A DNA stretch of 64,000 nt, taken from NCBI GenBank assembly GCA_963713615.1, contig CAVQMM010000001.1:2240001-2304000 (forward strand), read 5' to 3'. Of the stretch, positions 31,129-46,530 are shown piece after piece. The position numbers were made by a program, and so were the translations under genes. The stretch comes from an uncultured Chlamydiae bacterium. GTDB lineage: Bacteria; Chlamydiota; Chlamydiia; Chlamydiales; JAJFMA01. The notes beneath the pieces were generated by a model, which made no database searches, was not told the origin of the DNA, and worked only from the letters and a program-made list of their open reading frames with translations. The stretch's first letter is position 1. Every line of letters begins with the position of its first letter.

Positions 31129-31827
31129 ATGCTCAATTTACTATCTATCAGCTCAAGACCACATAATCCATTTGCAAGTCCTTATAAAATCGTGCCTATC
31201 GCGAACGGTATGGTTGCCACTATCGGTCAAGCAAAAGACCTTGCTTTTAACGCTTACAGCGATAGTTTGAAGGGAGCAACACGGCTGATAACGACTATTA
31301 TCCCAAGGCTTTTATGGGGATTTCCTGCTATTATTGCTGGGACTCATATATTATATATATTAGAAAAAAATTGTCTTCGAGAATCGATAATAACCTTGGC
31401 TGACATATTAACACTTCCGGCCGACTCACTGAGCTCACTAATCCCTAGGTGTTCATCGGGCTTACGTACCTCTTTGTTCCATCCTATTATTGAAGAACTT
31501 TGGTGGAGAGGCTGCATACAAACAGCGATTGGAATTGGCCAACAAACACTTATAAAAACACTTCCAAGGCAGCTTAAAAACAACTGCATTGTTGATACCC
31601 TCACATCGAAATCATTCCGTATTGTATTCACAAGTATATTATTTGGATTAGCGCATTTTAATCATGACTGGAACGAAATTATGCTAAGTCATGTCATTTC
31701 AGCCTCAATATCATCCATCTGGATATATAGTTTTTTGCGGGAAGAAACTCATGGCCTATGGGCGCCTATTGCCGCCCATATCGCAAATAATTCGTTAGCG
31801 CAGCTGAAGGCCCATATGCAAAGTTGA
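31129..31827 (+). CDS. CPBP (Abi/CAAX protease) family intramembrane metalloprotease
   Basis: EELWWRG, FGLAH, HIANN motifs. Confidence 0.85.
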   Translation: MLNLLSISSRPHNPFASPYKIVPIANGMVATIGQAKDLAFNAYSDSLKGATRLITTIIPRLLWGFPAIIAGTHILYILEKNCLRESIITLADILTLPADSLSSLIPRCSSGLRTSLFHPIIEELWWRGCIQTAIGIGQQTLIKTLPRQLKNNCIVDTLTSKSFRIVFTSILFGLAHFNHDWNEIMLSHVISASISSIWIYSFLREETHGLWAPIAAHIANNSLAQLKAHMQS

Positions 31828-31896
31828 AAGCTTTTAAAGTTGGTAGAAGTGCAGCCGCATCTTCGATTTCTTCGATGGCATTCACTCACATTTTCC

Positions 31897-31925
31897 TTGC
31901 CGAGATTGCCATGGAGTCATATAAT
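31897..31925 (+). promoter_or_regulatory. Putative promoter of tRNA-Leu
   Basis: TTGCCG-17 bp-TATAAT. Confidence 0.5.
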
Positions 31926-31947
31926 CATACTCGTTTTTACTTCATTT

Positions 31948-32031
31948 GCGGAAGTGGCGAAACTGGTAGACGCGCTACCTTGAGGTGGTAGTGGGAGAGA
32001 TCCTGTGGGGGTTCGAGTCCCCCCTTTCGCA
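31948..32031 (+). tRNA. tRNA-Leu(GAG), long variable arm, CCA not encoded
   Basis: GCGGAAG/CTTTCGC acceptor stem, D-loop GG, CTACC-TTGAGGT-GGTAG anticodon arm, GGGGG-TTCGAGT-CCCCC T arm. Confidence 0.95.
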
Positions 32032-32083
32032 TGTCTTTTTTTCATACTCTATATTTCATGTTTACATCCTTTTTTCCTCATCT

Positions 32084-32112
32084 TTGACTAAAGACCAATA
32101 GTGTTTTATAGT
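32084..32112 (+). promoter_or_regulatory. Putative sigma66 promoter
   Basis: TTGACT-17 bp-TATAGT, with AGGAGG RBS downstream. Confidence 0.5.
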
Positions 32113-32147
32113 CGAGTTTGGGGAATCTATTCACAAGGAGGTCTGTT

Positions 32148-32489
32148 ATGCGACCATTGTTGATCATTTCCGCTATAGCAATCACAGCATCTACATCGGC
32201 CTATTCCGCTATCTCGAATTCCTCAAGCAGTGCTCTACAACAGCCATCGAGGCCCCTCAATATCGAACAGCAACATCTCAACATGGATCGATCGCAGATC
32301 CAAGAGCACCAGCAATCTCAAAAAGATAGCCAGCACATAGACATTCCGGGCCAGACAACTCTAAAGTCCAATGAACTGAGACAACGGGATCAGATACAAC
32401 AGAATCAGCGAAACGTTAGAAACCAGGAACGAAACAAATCCACTGCGATGCGACAGGATGAGACATCCCCACTGCAGCAACCGGAGTAA
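32148..32489 (+). CDS. Small secreted Gln-rich protein
   Basis: AGGAGG RBS, signal peptide (AYSA), low-complexity Q-rich body. Confidence 0.7.
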   Translation: MRPLLIISAIAITASTSAYSAISNSSSSALQQPSRPLNIEQQHLNMDRSQIQEHQQSQKDSQHIDIPGQTTLKSNELRQRDQIQQNQRNVRNQERNKSTAMRQDETSPLQQPE

Positions 32490-32524
32490 GCTTGTTCCCT
32501 GTCGGGTGCAAGGAGAAGGGGCCT

Positions 32525-33403
32525 ATGACTTCCTGGAAGCATGAGTTTATAGAAGCACATGGCATACGCATGCACTATGTCACCGCCGGCAAAGGCCCCT
32601 TGGTGATATTGTTGCATGGTTTTCCGCAATTCTGGTACTCATGGCGACATCAGATCCCCGCACTAGCAGAACAATTTCAAGTGGTAGTCCCAGATCTTCG
32701 CGGCTATGGCGACACGGATAGACCCGTTGCTGTCGCTGACTATCGTTCTAAACTACTAGCAGAGGATGTCGTAGGTCTAGTTCATGGGTTGGGTCAGAAA
32801 AGAGCTCATATCGTAGGACATGATTGGGGTGGGGTGGCTGCCTGGATGACTGCGTTACAATATCCTGAAGTGGTCGATCATTTAGTCGTGCTCAATTGTC
32901 CACATCCATATATCTTTGCGAAGGCCTTGCAGTCTAATTGGAAGCAGATAAGGCGAAGTTGGTATATGTTCCTCTTCCAACTCCCCTACCTACCCGAACT
33001 GTTGTACAAGACCTTCTCAACAGGCATCCTGGAACGCATCCTACGAGGCTCTGCAATTCGCAAAGAAGCTTTCACCGATGATGACCTTAAGCAATATCAT
33101 CAAGCATTGGAAAAACCTGGAGCCATCACAGCAGCCCTGAACTATTACAGGGCCGCCTTTCGCTATCGATCGAAGGAAAAACTGCCAAAAATTTCCGCAC
33201 CAACGCTATTCATTTGGGGAGAAAAAGACGTCGCTCTTGGGAAGGAACTTACTCTTGGCATGGAACCACTATTTGAGGGCTTGCTCAAGATTCAATATGT
33301 GCCTAACTGCAGCCATTGGGTGCATGAGGAGCAGCCCGATCTTATCAATCGTTGTGTTGTGGAATTCCTTGCACCGACTGGCATGGACGGAAATGGACAA
33401 TGA
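32525..33403 (+). CDS. Alpha/beta hydrolase, epoxide hydrolase-like
   Basis: LLHGFP, DLRGYG, GHDWGG, NYYRA, WGEKD, HWVHEE. Confidence 0.92.
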   Translation: MTSWKHEFIEAHGIRMHYVTAGKGPLVILLHGFPQFWYSWRHQIPALAEQFQVVVPDLRGYGDTDRPVAVADYRSKLLAEDVVGLVHGLGQKRAHIVGHDWGGVAAWMTALQYPEVVDHLVVLNCPHPYIFAKALQSNWKQIRRSWYMFLFQLPYLPELLYKTFSTGILERILRGSAIRKEAFTDDDLKQYHQALEKPGAITAALNYYRAAFRYRSKEKLPKISAPTLFIWGEKDVALGKELTLGMEPLFEGLLKIQYVPNCSHWVHEEQPDLINRCVVEFLAPTGMDGNGQ

Positions 33404-33405
33404 TA

Positions 33406-33458
33406 CGCAAACCCTTAAAGCGCACCGCTTTTGCGGTTCGCGTTTAGGGGTTTGCGTC
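33406..33458. repeat. Hairpin containing the terminal motif of element L; possible terminator
   Basis: ACGCAAACCCTTAAAGCGCACCGC...GCGGTTCGCGTTTAGGGGTTTGCGT. Confidence 0.6.
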
Positions 33459-36400
33459 AAATGTTAAATCTTGCCAAATTAGGAAAGGACGTAAAGGACA
33501 TAAGGAGGTAATTGCAGAAGTCCGATTCTCCGAAGTCAATTTCCTGAAAATCGGATGCCGGTGAAGAGAGAGCCATTCCCTTCCCAGGCCCGAAGGGTCG
33601 ATATTGCAACAGGCCATGGCATCGCCATGGTATATGCCAAAACGGTTTTAGCAGCCTGTAGGGCTGCCATAAAGCGCATGCATAAATGGTGTTTGTAAAC
33701 TGGCGTCTTGTAGCAGTCCTTCAGACTGCGAAATCCCTTCCTGGCATATACCATGGCGATGCCATGGCCTGTTGCAATATCGACCCTTCGGGCCTGGGAA
33801 GGGAGAAAAGCCTGTCTTTCCAGACTGGATAGTGCCATACCACTTAAGCTCTCCAGAATCGCCTTCTCACAAAAAAAAGTGATTTTTTTTCAAAGAATCG
33901 ATCCATGAGAGCCCAAATACTTCTGCAATTACCTCTAAGGGACATAAAGGACTCAAGAATAGTCCTACAAGTCCTTTAGAGGTAATTGCAGAAGTCCGGT
34001 TTCCGAATTCAATTTCCTGAAAATCGGATGCCGGTGAAGAGAGAGCCATTCCCTTCCCAGGCCCGAAGGGTCGATATTGCAACAGGCCATGGCATCGCCA
34101 TGGTATATGCCAAAACGGTTTTAGCAGCCTGTAGGGCTGCCATAAAGCGCATGCATAAATGGTGTTTGTAAACTGGCGTCTTGTAGCAGTCCTTCAGACT
34201 GCGAAATCCCTTCCTGGCATATACCATGGCGATGCCATGGCCTGTTGCAATATCGACCCTTCGGGCCTGGGAAGGGAGAAAAGCCTGTCTTTCCAGACTG
34301 GATAGTGCCATACCACTTAAGCTCTCCAGAATCGCCTTCTCACAAAAAAAAGTGTTTTTTTTTCAAAGAATCGATCCATGAGAGCCCAAATACTTCTGCA
34401 ATTACCTCTAAGGGACATAAAGGACTCAAGAATAGTCCTACAAGTCCTTTAGAGGTAATTGCAGAAGTCCGATTCTCCGAAGTCAATTTCCTGAAAATCG
34501 GATGCCGGTGAAGAGAGAGTCATTCCCTTCCCAGGCCCGAAGGGTCGATATTGCAACAGGCCATGGCATCGCCATGGTATATGCCAAAACGGTTTTGGCA
34601 GCCTGTAGGGCTGCCATAAAGCGCATGCATAAATGGTGTTTGTAAACTGGCGTCTTGTAGCAGTCCTTCAGACTGCGAAATCCCTTCCTGGCATATACCA
34701 TGGCGATGCCATGGCCTGTTGCAATATCGACCCTTCGGGCCTGGGAAGGGAGAAAAGCCTGTCTTTCCAGACTGGATAGTGCCATACCACTTAAGCTCTC
34801 CAGAATCGCCTTCTCACAAAAAAAAGTGATTTTTTTTCAAAGAATCGATCCATGAGAGCCCAAATACTTCTGCAATTACCTCTAAGGGACATAAAGGACT
34901 CAAGAATAGTCCTACAAGTCCTTTAGAGGTAATTGCAGAAGTCCGATTCTCCGAAGTCAATTTCCTGAAAATCGGATGCCGGTGAAGAGAGAGCCATTCC
35001 CTTCCCAGGCCCGAAGGGTCGATATTGCAACAGGCCATGGCATCGCCATGGTATATGCCAAAACGGTTTTAGCAGCCTGTAGGGCTGCCATAAAGCGCAT
35101 GCATAAATGGTGTTTGTAGACTGGCGTCTTGTAGCAGTCCTTCAGACTGCGAAATCCCTTCCTGGCATATACCATGGCGATGCCATGGCCTGTTGCAATA
35201 TCGACCCTTCGGGCCTGGGAAGGGAGAAAAGCCTGTCTTTCCAGATTGGATAGTGCCATACTACTTAAGCTCTCCAGAATCGCCTTCTCACAAAAAAAGG
35301 TGATTTTTTTCAAAGAATCGATCCATGAGAGCCCAAATACTTCTGCAATTACCTCTAAGGGACATAAAGGACTCAAGAATAGTCCTACAAGTCCTTTAGA
35401 GGTAATTGCAGAAGTCCGATTTTCCGAATTCAATTTCCTGAAAATCGGATGCCGGTGAAGAGAGAGCCATTCCCTTCCCAGGCCCGAAGGGTCGATATTG
35501 CAACAGGCCATGGCATCGCCATGGTATATGCCAAAACGGTTTTAGCAGCCTGTAGGGCTGCCATAAAGCGCATGCATAAATGGTGTTTGTAAACTGGCGT
35601 CTTGTAGCAGTCCTTCAGACTGCGAAATCCCTTCCTGGCATATACCATGGCGATGCCATGGCCTGTTGCAATATCGACCCTTCGGACCTGGGAAGGGAGA
35701 AAAGCCTGTCTTTCCAGATTGGATAGTGCCATACTACTTAAGCTCTCCAGAATCGCCTTCTCACAAAAAAAGGTGATTTTTTTCAAAGAATCGATCCATG
35801 AGAGCCCAAATACTTCTGCAATTACCTCTAAGGGACATAAAGGACTCAAGAATAGTCCTACAAGTCCTTTAGAGGTAATTGCAGAAGTCCGATTTTCCGA
35901 ATTCAATTTCCTGAAAATCGGATGCCGGTGAAGAGAGAGCCATTCCCTTCCCAGGCCCGAAGGGTCGATATTGCAACAGGCCATGGCATCGCCATGGTAT
36001 ATGCCAAAACGGTTTTAGCAGCCTGTAGGGCTGCCAAAAAGCGCATGCATAAATGGTGTTTGTAAACTGGCGTCTTGTAGCAGTCCTTCAGACTGCGAAA
36101 TCCCTTCCTGGCATATACCATGGCGATGCCATGGCCTGTTGCAATATCGACCCTTCGGGCCTGGGAAGGGAGAAAAGCCTGTCTTTCCAGATTGGATAGT
36201 GCCATACTACTTAAGCTCTCCAGAATCGCCTTCTCACAAAAAAAGGTGATTTTTTTCAAAGAATCGATCCATGAGAGCCCAAATACTTCTGCAATTACCT
36301 CTAAGGGACATAAAGGACTCAAGAATAGTCCTACAAGTCCTTTAGAGGTAATTGCAGAAGTCCGGTTTCCGAAGTCAATTTCCTGAAAATCGGATGCCGG

Positions 36401-37852
36401 TGAAGAGAGAGTCATTCCCTTCCCAGGCCCGAAGGGTCGATATTGCAACAGGCCATGGCATCGCCATGGTATATGCCAAAACGGTTTTAGCAGCCTGTAG
36501 GGCTGCCAAAAAGCGCATGCATAAATGGTGTTTGTAAACTGGCGTCTTGTAGCAGTCCTTCAGACTGCGAAATCCCTTCCTGGCATATACCATGGCGATG
36601 CCATGGCCTGTTGCAATATCGACCCTTCGGGCCTGGGAAGGGAGAAAAGCCTGTCTTTCCAGATTGGATAGTGCCATACTACTTAAGCTCTCCAGAATCG
36701 CCTTCTCACAAAAAAAGGTGATTTTTTTCAAAGAATCGATCCATGAGAGCCCAAATACTTCTGCAATTACCTCTAAGGGACATAAAGGACTCAAGAATAG
36801 TCCTACAAGTCCTTTAGAGGTAATTGCAGAAGTCCGGTTTCCGAAGTCAATTTCCTGAAAATCGGATGCCGGTGAAGAGAGAGTCATTCCCTTCCCAGGC
36901 CCGAAGGGTCGATATTGCAACAGGCCATGGCATCGCCATGGTATATGCCAAAACGGTTTTAGCAGCCTGTAGGGCTGCCATAAAGCGCATGCATAAATGG
37001 TGTTTGTAGACTGGCGTCTTGTAGCAGTCCTTCAGACTGCGAAATCCCTTCCTGGCATATACCATGGCGATGCCATGGCCTGTTGCAATATCGACCCTTC
37101 GGGCCTGGGAAGGGAGAAAAGCCTGTCTTTCCAGACTGGATAGTGCCATACCACTTAAGCTCTCCAGAATCGCCTTCTCACAAAAAAAGGTGATTTTTTT
37201 CAAAGAATCGATCCATGAGAGCCCAAATACTTCTGCAATTACCTCTAAGGGACATAAAGGACTCAAGAATAGTCCTACAAGTCCTTTAGAGGTAATTGCA
37301 GAAGTCCGATTTTCCGAATTCAATTTCCTGAAAATCGGATGCCGGTGAAGAGAGAGCCATTCCCTTCCCAGGCCCGAAGGGTCGATATTGCAACAGGCCA
37401 TGGCATCGCCATGGTATATGCCAAAACGGTTTTAGCAGCCTGTAGGGCTGCCATAAAGCGCATGCATAAATGGTGTTTGTAAACTGGCGTCTTGTAGCAG
37501 TCCTTCAGACTGCGAAATCCCTTCCTGGCATATACCATGGCGATGCCACATAGGCCTCAACCTAACAGGTCTTTTGAGCTTATATCTCAATGACTTAGGA
37601 CTTCACAATCGTATCTCGGCGCGCAGCGCTTTGGAGTGCGGTCGCTTGCGACCGCTTTTCGTTCCTTGGGACGGCAATGCTAAACGGCATTGTATGGATT
37701 CGTCGAAGGCTGCATGTACTAACTATTTTACCCTTAGGGAATTATAGTAATGCCGTTGCACACGACCGTCGCAAGGAACCCAAAGCGGTCGCAAGGTAAG
37801 CGTCAATTGAAGCCATCTTTTTCGTAATTCCGCGAGGTTCTAAGTTTTCTCC

Positions 37853-38434
37853 ATGACCCTAACCATGGAGATACTAATGGATTTCAAAAGGAAGCGTTCT
37901 GAGTGGGCTCGACGCATAGACCAATGGATGGCGAGCGGTCAGAGTGGCCGCAGGTGGTGCCTAGAGAACAATATAAGCTACCAGCAGCTCTTGTACTGGT
38001 ACCAACGCTTTAAAGTTAGCCCGCCCGACCACATTTCCTCGACGGGTTGGATAGACATTACCCTGCCCGAGCTCAAGCTTTCGCTTGATCAGAAGAGCGT
38101 CTATCTAACCCTAAAGTCTGCGAGCAAAACTCTGAGGTCGTCATATCAGAAAAACAAGGGTGTCTTTCTCTATCAAGAGCCGATCGATATGCGAAAGGGA
38201 TTTGAGTGCTTGAGCAATCTTGTTGACAGTTCGTTCTCGGGCGAATTTACCTGCGGGGCCTACTTCGTTTTTTTAAATCGTCGTAGAAATCTAGTGAAGG
38301 TCTTTTACTGGGATGGTAATGGTCATGCCGTCTGGTACAAGCGACTTGAAAAAGGAAGTTTTCGCAATGGAAGCATTCCAGATTCCGCTATCGATCGTCG
38401 AGAATTTCTAATGTTGTTGGAGAGTAGTCATTGA
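37853..38434 (+). CDS. IS66 TnpA-TnpB accessory proteins in one ORF
   Basis: W...SGQSGRRWC...YW HTH followed in frame by DMRKGF...FVFLNRRR...YWDGNG...KRLEKG. Confidence 0.8.
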   Translation: MTLTMEILMDFKRKRSEWARRIDQWMASGQSGRRWCLENNISYQQLLYWYQRFKVSPPDHISSTGWIDITLPELKLSLDQKSVYLTLKSASKTLRSSYQKNKGVFLYQEPIDMRKGFECLSNLVDSSFSGEFTCGAYFVFLNRRRNLVKVFYWDGNGHAVWYKRLEKGSFRNGSIPDSAIDRREFLMLLESSH

Positions 38435-38516
38435 GCCTAAAATCCTAAAAACAATGTGCATTTTATTAGATAAAATACTTGATAATAGAGGGGGTCTGTG
38501 ATATGATTTAGAGCAT

Positions 38517-40060
38517 ATGGAAACCTCAACACTATCACTAGAACAGCTTCAATCGGAAATTTATTCCCTGCGAAATGAGAATAGCTTTCTCAAGGAGCAG
38601 CTTGAATGGTTTAGGCGTCAGATTTTTGGGAAACGTTCGGAAAAAGTAGTCGACGATGGCGGTCAACAACTCTACCTGGAAGGTTTCGAAAATCTTGGTT
38701 CCGAAGAGCAAAAAGAGACAATAAATGTGCCTGCTCATCGACGGGTTAAGCAGGGGCGCAATGGCAAAGATAAAATTACGCTTCCAGACAATATTCCCGT
38801 TCAACGCTGTATTTTAGATTTGCCAGAGGATCAAAAAGTTTGCCCTACAACGGGTGAAGCCCTCGTCAAAATTGGCGAAGAAGTCACTCACAAAATAGCG
38901 CATACGCCAGGTAGCTACTACGTCAAGGAGCTAGTACGTCCCAAGTATGCATGTAGAGCACATAGTGAAGAGGGCGTTTTTATCGCAGATTTACCAGATA
39001 GCATTTTTCCTCGCTGTCAAGCCGATGAGAGTCTTTTAGCCAGTGTGATCGTGAAAAAATTCGCCGATCACCTTCCTTTATTTCGTCAATCGAAATCTTA
39101 GCTCGCGAGGGCATTCTCATCAGCCGACAAATACTTTGCAAGTGGGTAATGCGCTGTGGATATGCCTTAAAGCTGCTATATGAAGAAATGATTGCTCGCG
39201 TGCTCAGCAGCAACAATGTTTTTGTGGACGAATCTCCTGTGGACATGCTTGTCCCTGGTAAGGGAAAGGTGCACCAGGCTTTTATGTGGGTGATCGTTGG
39301 AGGGCAGGAAAAAAATCCGCCTTATCGAGTCTATCATTTTCGCACGGACCGCTGCCACAAGCATGCTGTGGAAATACTAGCTGGATATAAAGGTGTTGTC
39401 CATTCGGATAAATATGGAGCCTATGAAGCACTGGCTAATAAGAAGCAATTCACTTGGTGTCCATGCTGGAGTCACATTCGGCGCAAGTTTTTCGACGCTG
39501 TAGGTGGCGATAAAAAATTTGTTAGCTGGGTACTGCGCAAGATAAAATATCTATTTATGTTAGAGAGAGTTGCTTGGGAACGTTCTCCAGAGGAACGTCT
39601 GCGGATAAGACAAGAGAAAGAAGCTCCAATAATAGATGAGCTGACTGCACGCATCAAGGACCGGCTGGTTAATGGCAAGGCTCTTCCCAAATCGAATCTA
39701 AGGGAGGCTCTAGGCTATTATTGCAGCTTAATTCCCCATCTGAAAAACTACACCCAACATGCATTTGCGCGTCTCGACAACAATGTAGCGGAGCGAGCGA
39801 TACGCCCTCTAGCTATTGGCCGCAAGAACTGGATGTTTATTGGAAGCGAGGAGGGTGGGGAAGCTTCCGCCGTACTGCTAAGCCTGGTACAGACCTGCCG
39901 CGCGATAGGAGTCAACCCCCACGAATACCTAGAGGATGTGATGAGGCGCCTGCCAGCCCATAATTCTCAAAAACTTCACGAGCTTCTGCCCGACGCTTGG
40001 GCTGCCGCCAGGCGACAAGCAAAGGCCTCATCCACCTCATCAGCCCCCACTGCCGAATAA
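38517..40060 (+). pseudogene. IS66 TnpC DDE transposase, frameshifted near 39092
   Basis: FGKRSEK...HLPLFRQS continues in another frame as ILAREG...VDES...SDKY...CWSHIRRKF...DNNVAERAIR; apparent 1-bp deletion (real or sequencing error). Confidence 0.85.
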
Positions 40061-40535
40061 ATCGCCAGATGGCCTCAATTGACGCTTACCTTGCGACCGC
40101 TTTTCGTTCCTTGGGACGGCAATGCTAAACGGCATTGTATGGATTCGTCGAAGGCTGCATGTACTAACTATTTTACCCTTAGGGAATTATAGTAATGCCG
40201 TTGCACACGACCGTCGCAAGGAACCCAAAGCGGTCGCAAGCGACCGCACTCCAAAGCGCTGCGCGCCGAGATACGATTGTTAGGCTTAGGTTGAGGCCTA
40301 TGTGGCGATGCCATGGCCTGTTGCAATATCGACCCTTCGGGCCTGGGAAGGGAGAAAAGCCTGTCTTTCCAGACTGGATAGTGCCATACCACTTAAGCTC
40401 TCCAGAATCGCCTTCTCACAAAAAAAAGTGATTTTTTTTCAAAGAATCGATCCATGAGAGCCCAAATACTTCTGCAATTACCTCTACAAGTCCTTTAGGT
40501 CTTTTAGGTCCTTTCCTAACTCCCGTCACCATCAC

Positions 40536-40572
40536 AAAAAAAAAGCTCCACAAACCTTGCGGTTTGCGGAGC
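40536..40572 (-). terminator. rRNA operon terminator
   Basis: GCTCCGCAAACC-GCAA-GGTTTGTGGAGC followed by a T-run on the minus strand. Confidence 0.8.
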
Positions 40573-40582
40573 GAAAGAAAAA

Positions 40583-40696
40583 ACTGGCAGCAACCTACTC
40601 TCCCACACTCTTGTGTGCAGTACCATCGGCGAGTAAGGGCTTGACTTCTGAGTTCGGAATGGGATCAGGTATTTCCCCTTCTCTATAGCCACCAGA
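40583..40696 (-). rRNA. rrf: 5S rRNA
   Basis: Conserved CCTGATCCCATTCCGAACTCAGAAG and GGGAGAGTAGG on the minus strand. Confidence 0.95.
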
Positions 40697-40859
40697 AAAA
40701 ATCAGAGTCAGTTCTAAAACTAACATAAAGGACGCTTGAGTCTTCAATTCTTAGTCTAAGCGGCTCTCAGTTGCTCGCTTGGATCTTTTAAATCTTGTGC
40801 CATCTTTCTTCTTTTAGCAGCTCGCGCTGCTTCACTTTTTTGAAAAAGTGAAAAAAAAA

Positions 40860-43809
<2,950 letters not shown>

Positions 43810-44189
43810 ATAAAACTTGTTTTTGGTGTCAAGCGAGCTACGATTTCATCTGTGCTGCGTTCATTGCTAAACGTTTCACAGTTGTATGCTTAGCAGTCTT
43901 TGACTGCTTACATACGCCGCTTATTTTTGCTAAGAATCTAATTCTCAAGCGTCCATTATGTTTCGCGATTTCTATTGTTTTCGCAGTCACGGAATGACTG
44001 CGCTACATTTAGAATCACGCCGTTTTAGAACACTTTTTGACTCTGATTATATGTATAGACTGTAAGATAACGTAACACCCAGCCCTGAAGGGCTAGGGGT
44101 GCTGCTGTCAGTTGACAGCATGAGGGAGATAACATCAGCGTAATATGAGCTTCTCAACCAAGGGATGCCTAAGCATCCCTTTTTGTCCT

Positions 44190-45738
<1,549 letters not shown>

Positions 45739-46077
45739 GAAAATAAATCTCTGACAACTTGAAAAGTTGCTAATTTTTTGTTTGACGTATTTGCTCTGTC
45801 CTGTTTGCACAGAACGGCAAACACGCACAAGCTCTATATTTTAACTTGATGTTATCTCTCTCATACTGTCAAAAAGCATTCGGAAGCGCTCGCAGACTCT
45901 CCCTACCTTCTCTTGATTTCAGTCTTACGACATCATTTCGTTTGAAGGAAACCAAGACAATAGCAGAAGCCTTGAAATTGCTGCAACACGAAAATTGCTT
46001 TTTTTTTACTTTTTTTGATAAGAGCCTGCAGGATGTAGCTTAAAATGGATTTAAAACTAAGGAAGAGGATTAGGAAT

Positions 46078-46341
46078 TAGAATTTTACTCAGAGAACGCC
46101 GAGGCGCCGAGGTAGGAGTGAGAGGAAGAGGAAAGAACATTCAGCGACTCAATTTAACAAAAAAGTTAGATTGAGCACCTGTGCCGTTTGTGGAGCCTCA
46201 GGCGAAACTCTGTCTAAGGGCATTCACCAAAACAATACCTCTCAAATGGCCCTTAGACAGAGTTTCGCCTGAGGCTCCACAAACGGCACATTCTCTCCTA
46301 ATCCTCTCTTTCCTACCTCGGCGTCTCTGTGTAAAAATCCT
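46078..46341. repeat. Element H with a nested long hairpin (46180-46290)
   Basis: Inner TGTGCCGTTTGTGGAGCCTCAGGCGAAACTCTGTCTAAGGGC has an exact inverse copy; outer arms are H-type. Confidence 0.85.
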
Positions 46342-46442
46342 ATCCTCCTTCCCTCCTCGCTCTCTGCCTGTGTTGTCAAGTCCTACAAAACCGGATGAGC
46401 CAAAAAGCGCCCCCAATTCTTCATGAGAGCCATTTTAATTTA

Positions 46443-46471
46443 TTGACACGACACATATCTTATTGTATAGT
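46443..46471 (+). promoter_or_regulatory. Putative sigma66 promoter of the SidJ-like gene
   Basis: TTGACA-17 bp-TATAGT. Confidence 0.55.
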
Positions 46472-46530
46472 TTTGGTCCTGCTGAAATATAAACATTATG
46501 TTGTTTTTTTATAATTAATGTGTAAATAAT

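Larger units (their letters stand above)
37796..40089 (+). mobile_element. IS66-family insertion sequence
   Basis: TIRs GTAAGCGTCAATTGAAGCCATC / GATGGCCTCAATTGACGCTTAC; TnpA, TnpB and TnpC motifs. Confidence 0.95.
33505..40484. repeat. Tandem array of nine ~430-bp palindromic element-A copies separated by a 43-bp linker (period 472-474 bp); the ninth copy is expanded by modules E/F and an IS66
   Basis: Unit starts (GAGGTAATTGCAGAAGT) at 33505, 33979, 34452, 34926, 35399, 35872, 36345, 36817 and 37289; final terminus ACTTCTGCAATTACCTC ends at 40484. Confidence 0.95.

Noticed and set aside
31129..33403. Integrative element at tRNA-Leu
   Set aside because: No integrase and no duplicated tRNA 3' end were seen.
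33505..37550. CRISPR array or repeated protein-coding genes in the 473-bp array
   Set aside because: Intervening segments are copies of one element; ORFs occur on both strands, change with homopolymer length and show no recognisable protein features.
43810..44189. tRNA-Ile/Ala in the 16S-23S spacer
   Set aside because: No cloverleaf or T-arm motif found; complementarity to the leader and the 23S-5S spacer is ordinary processing-stem pairing.
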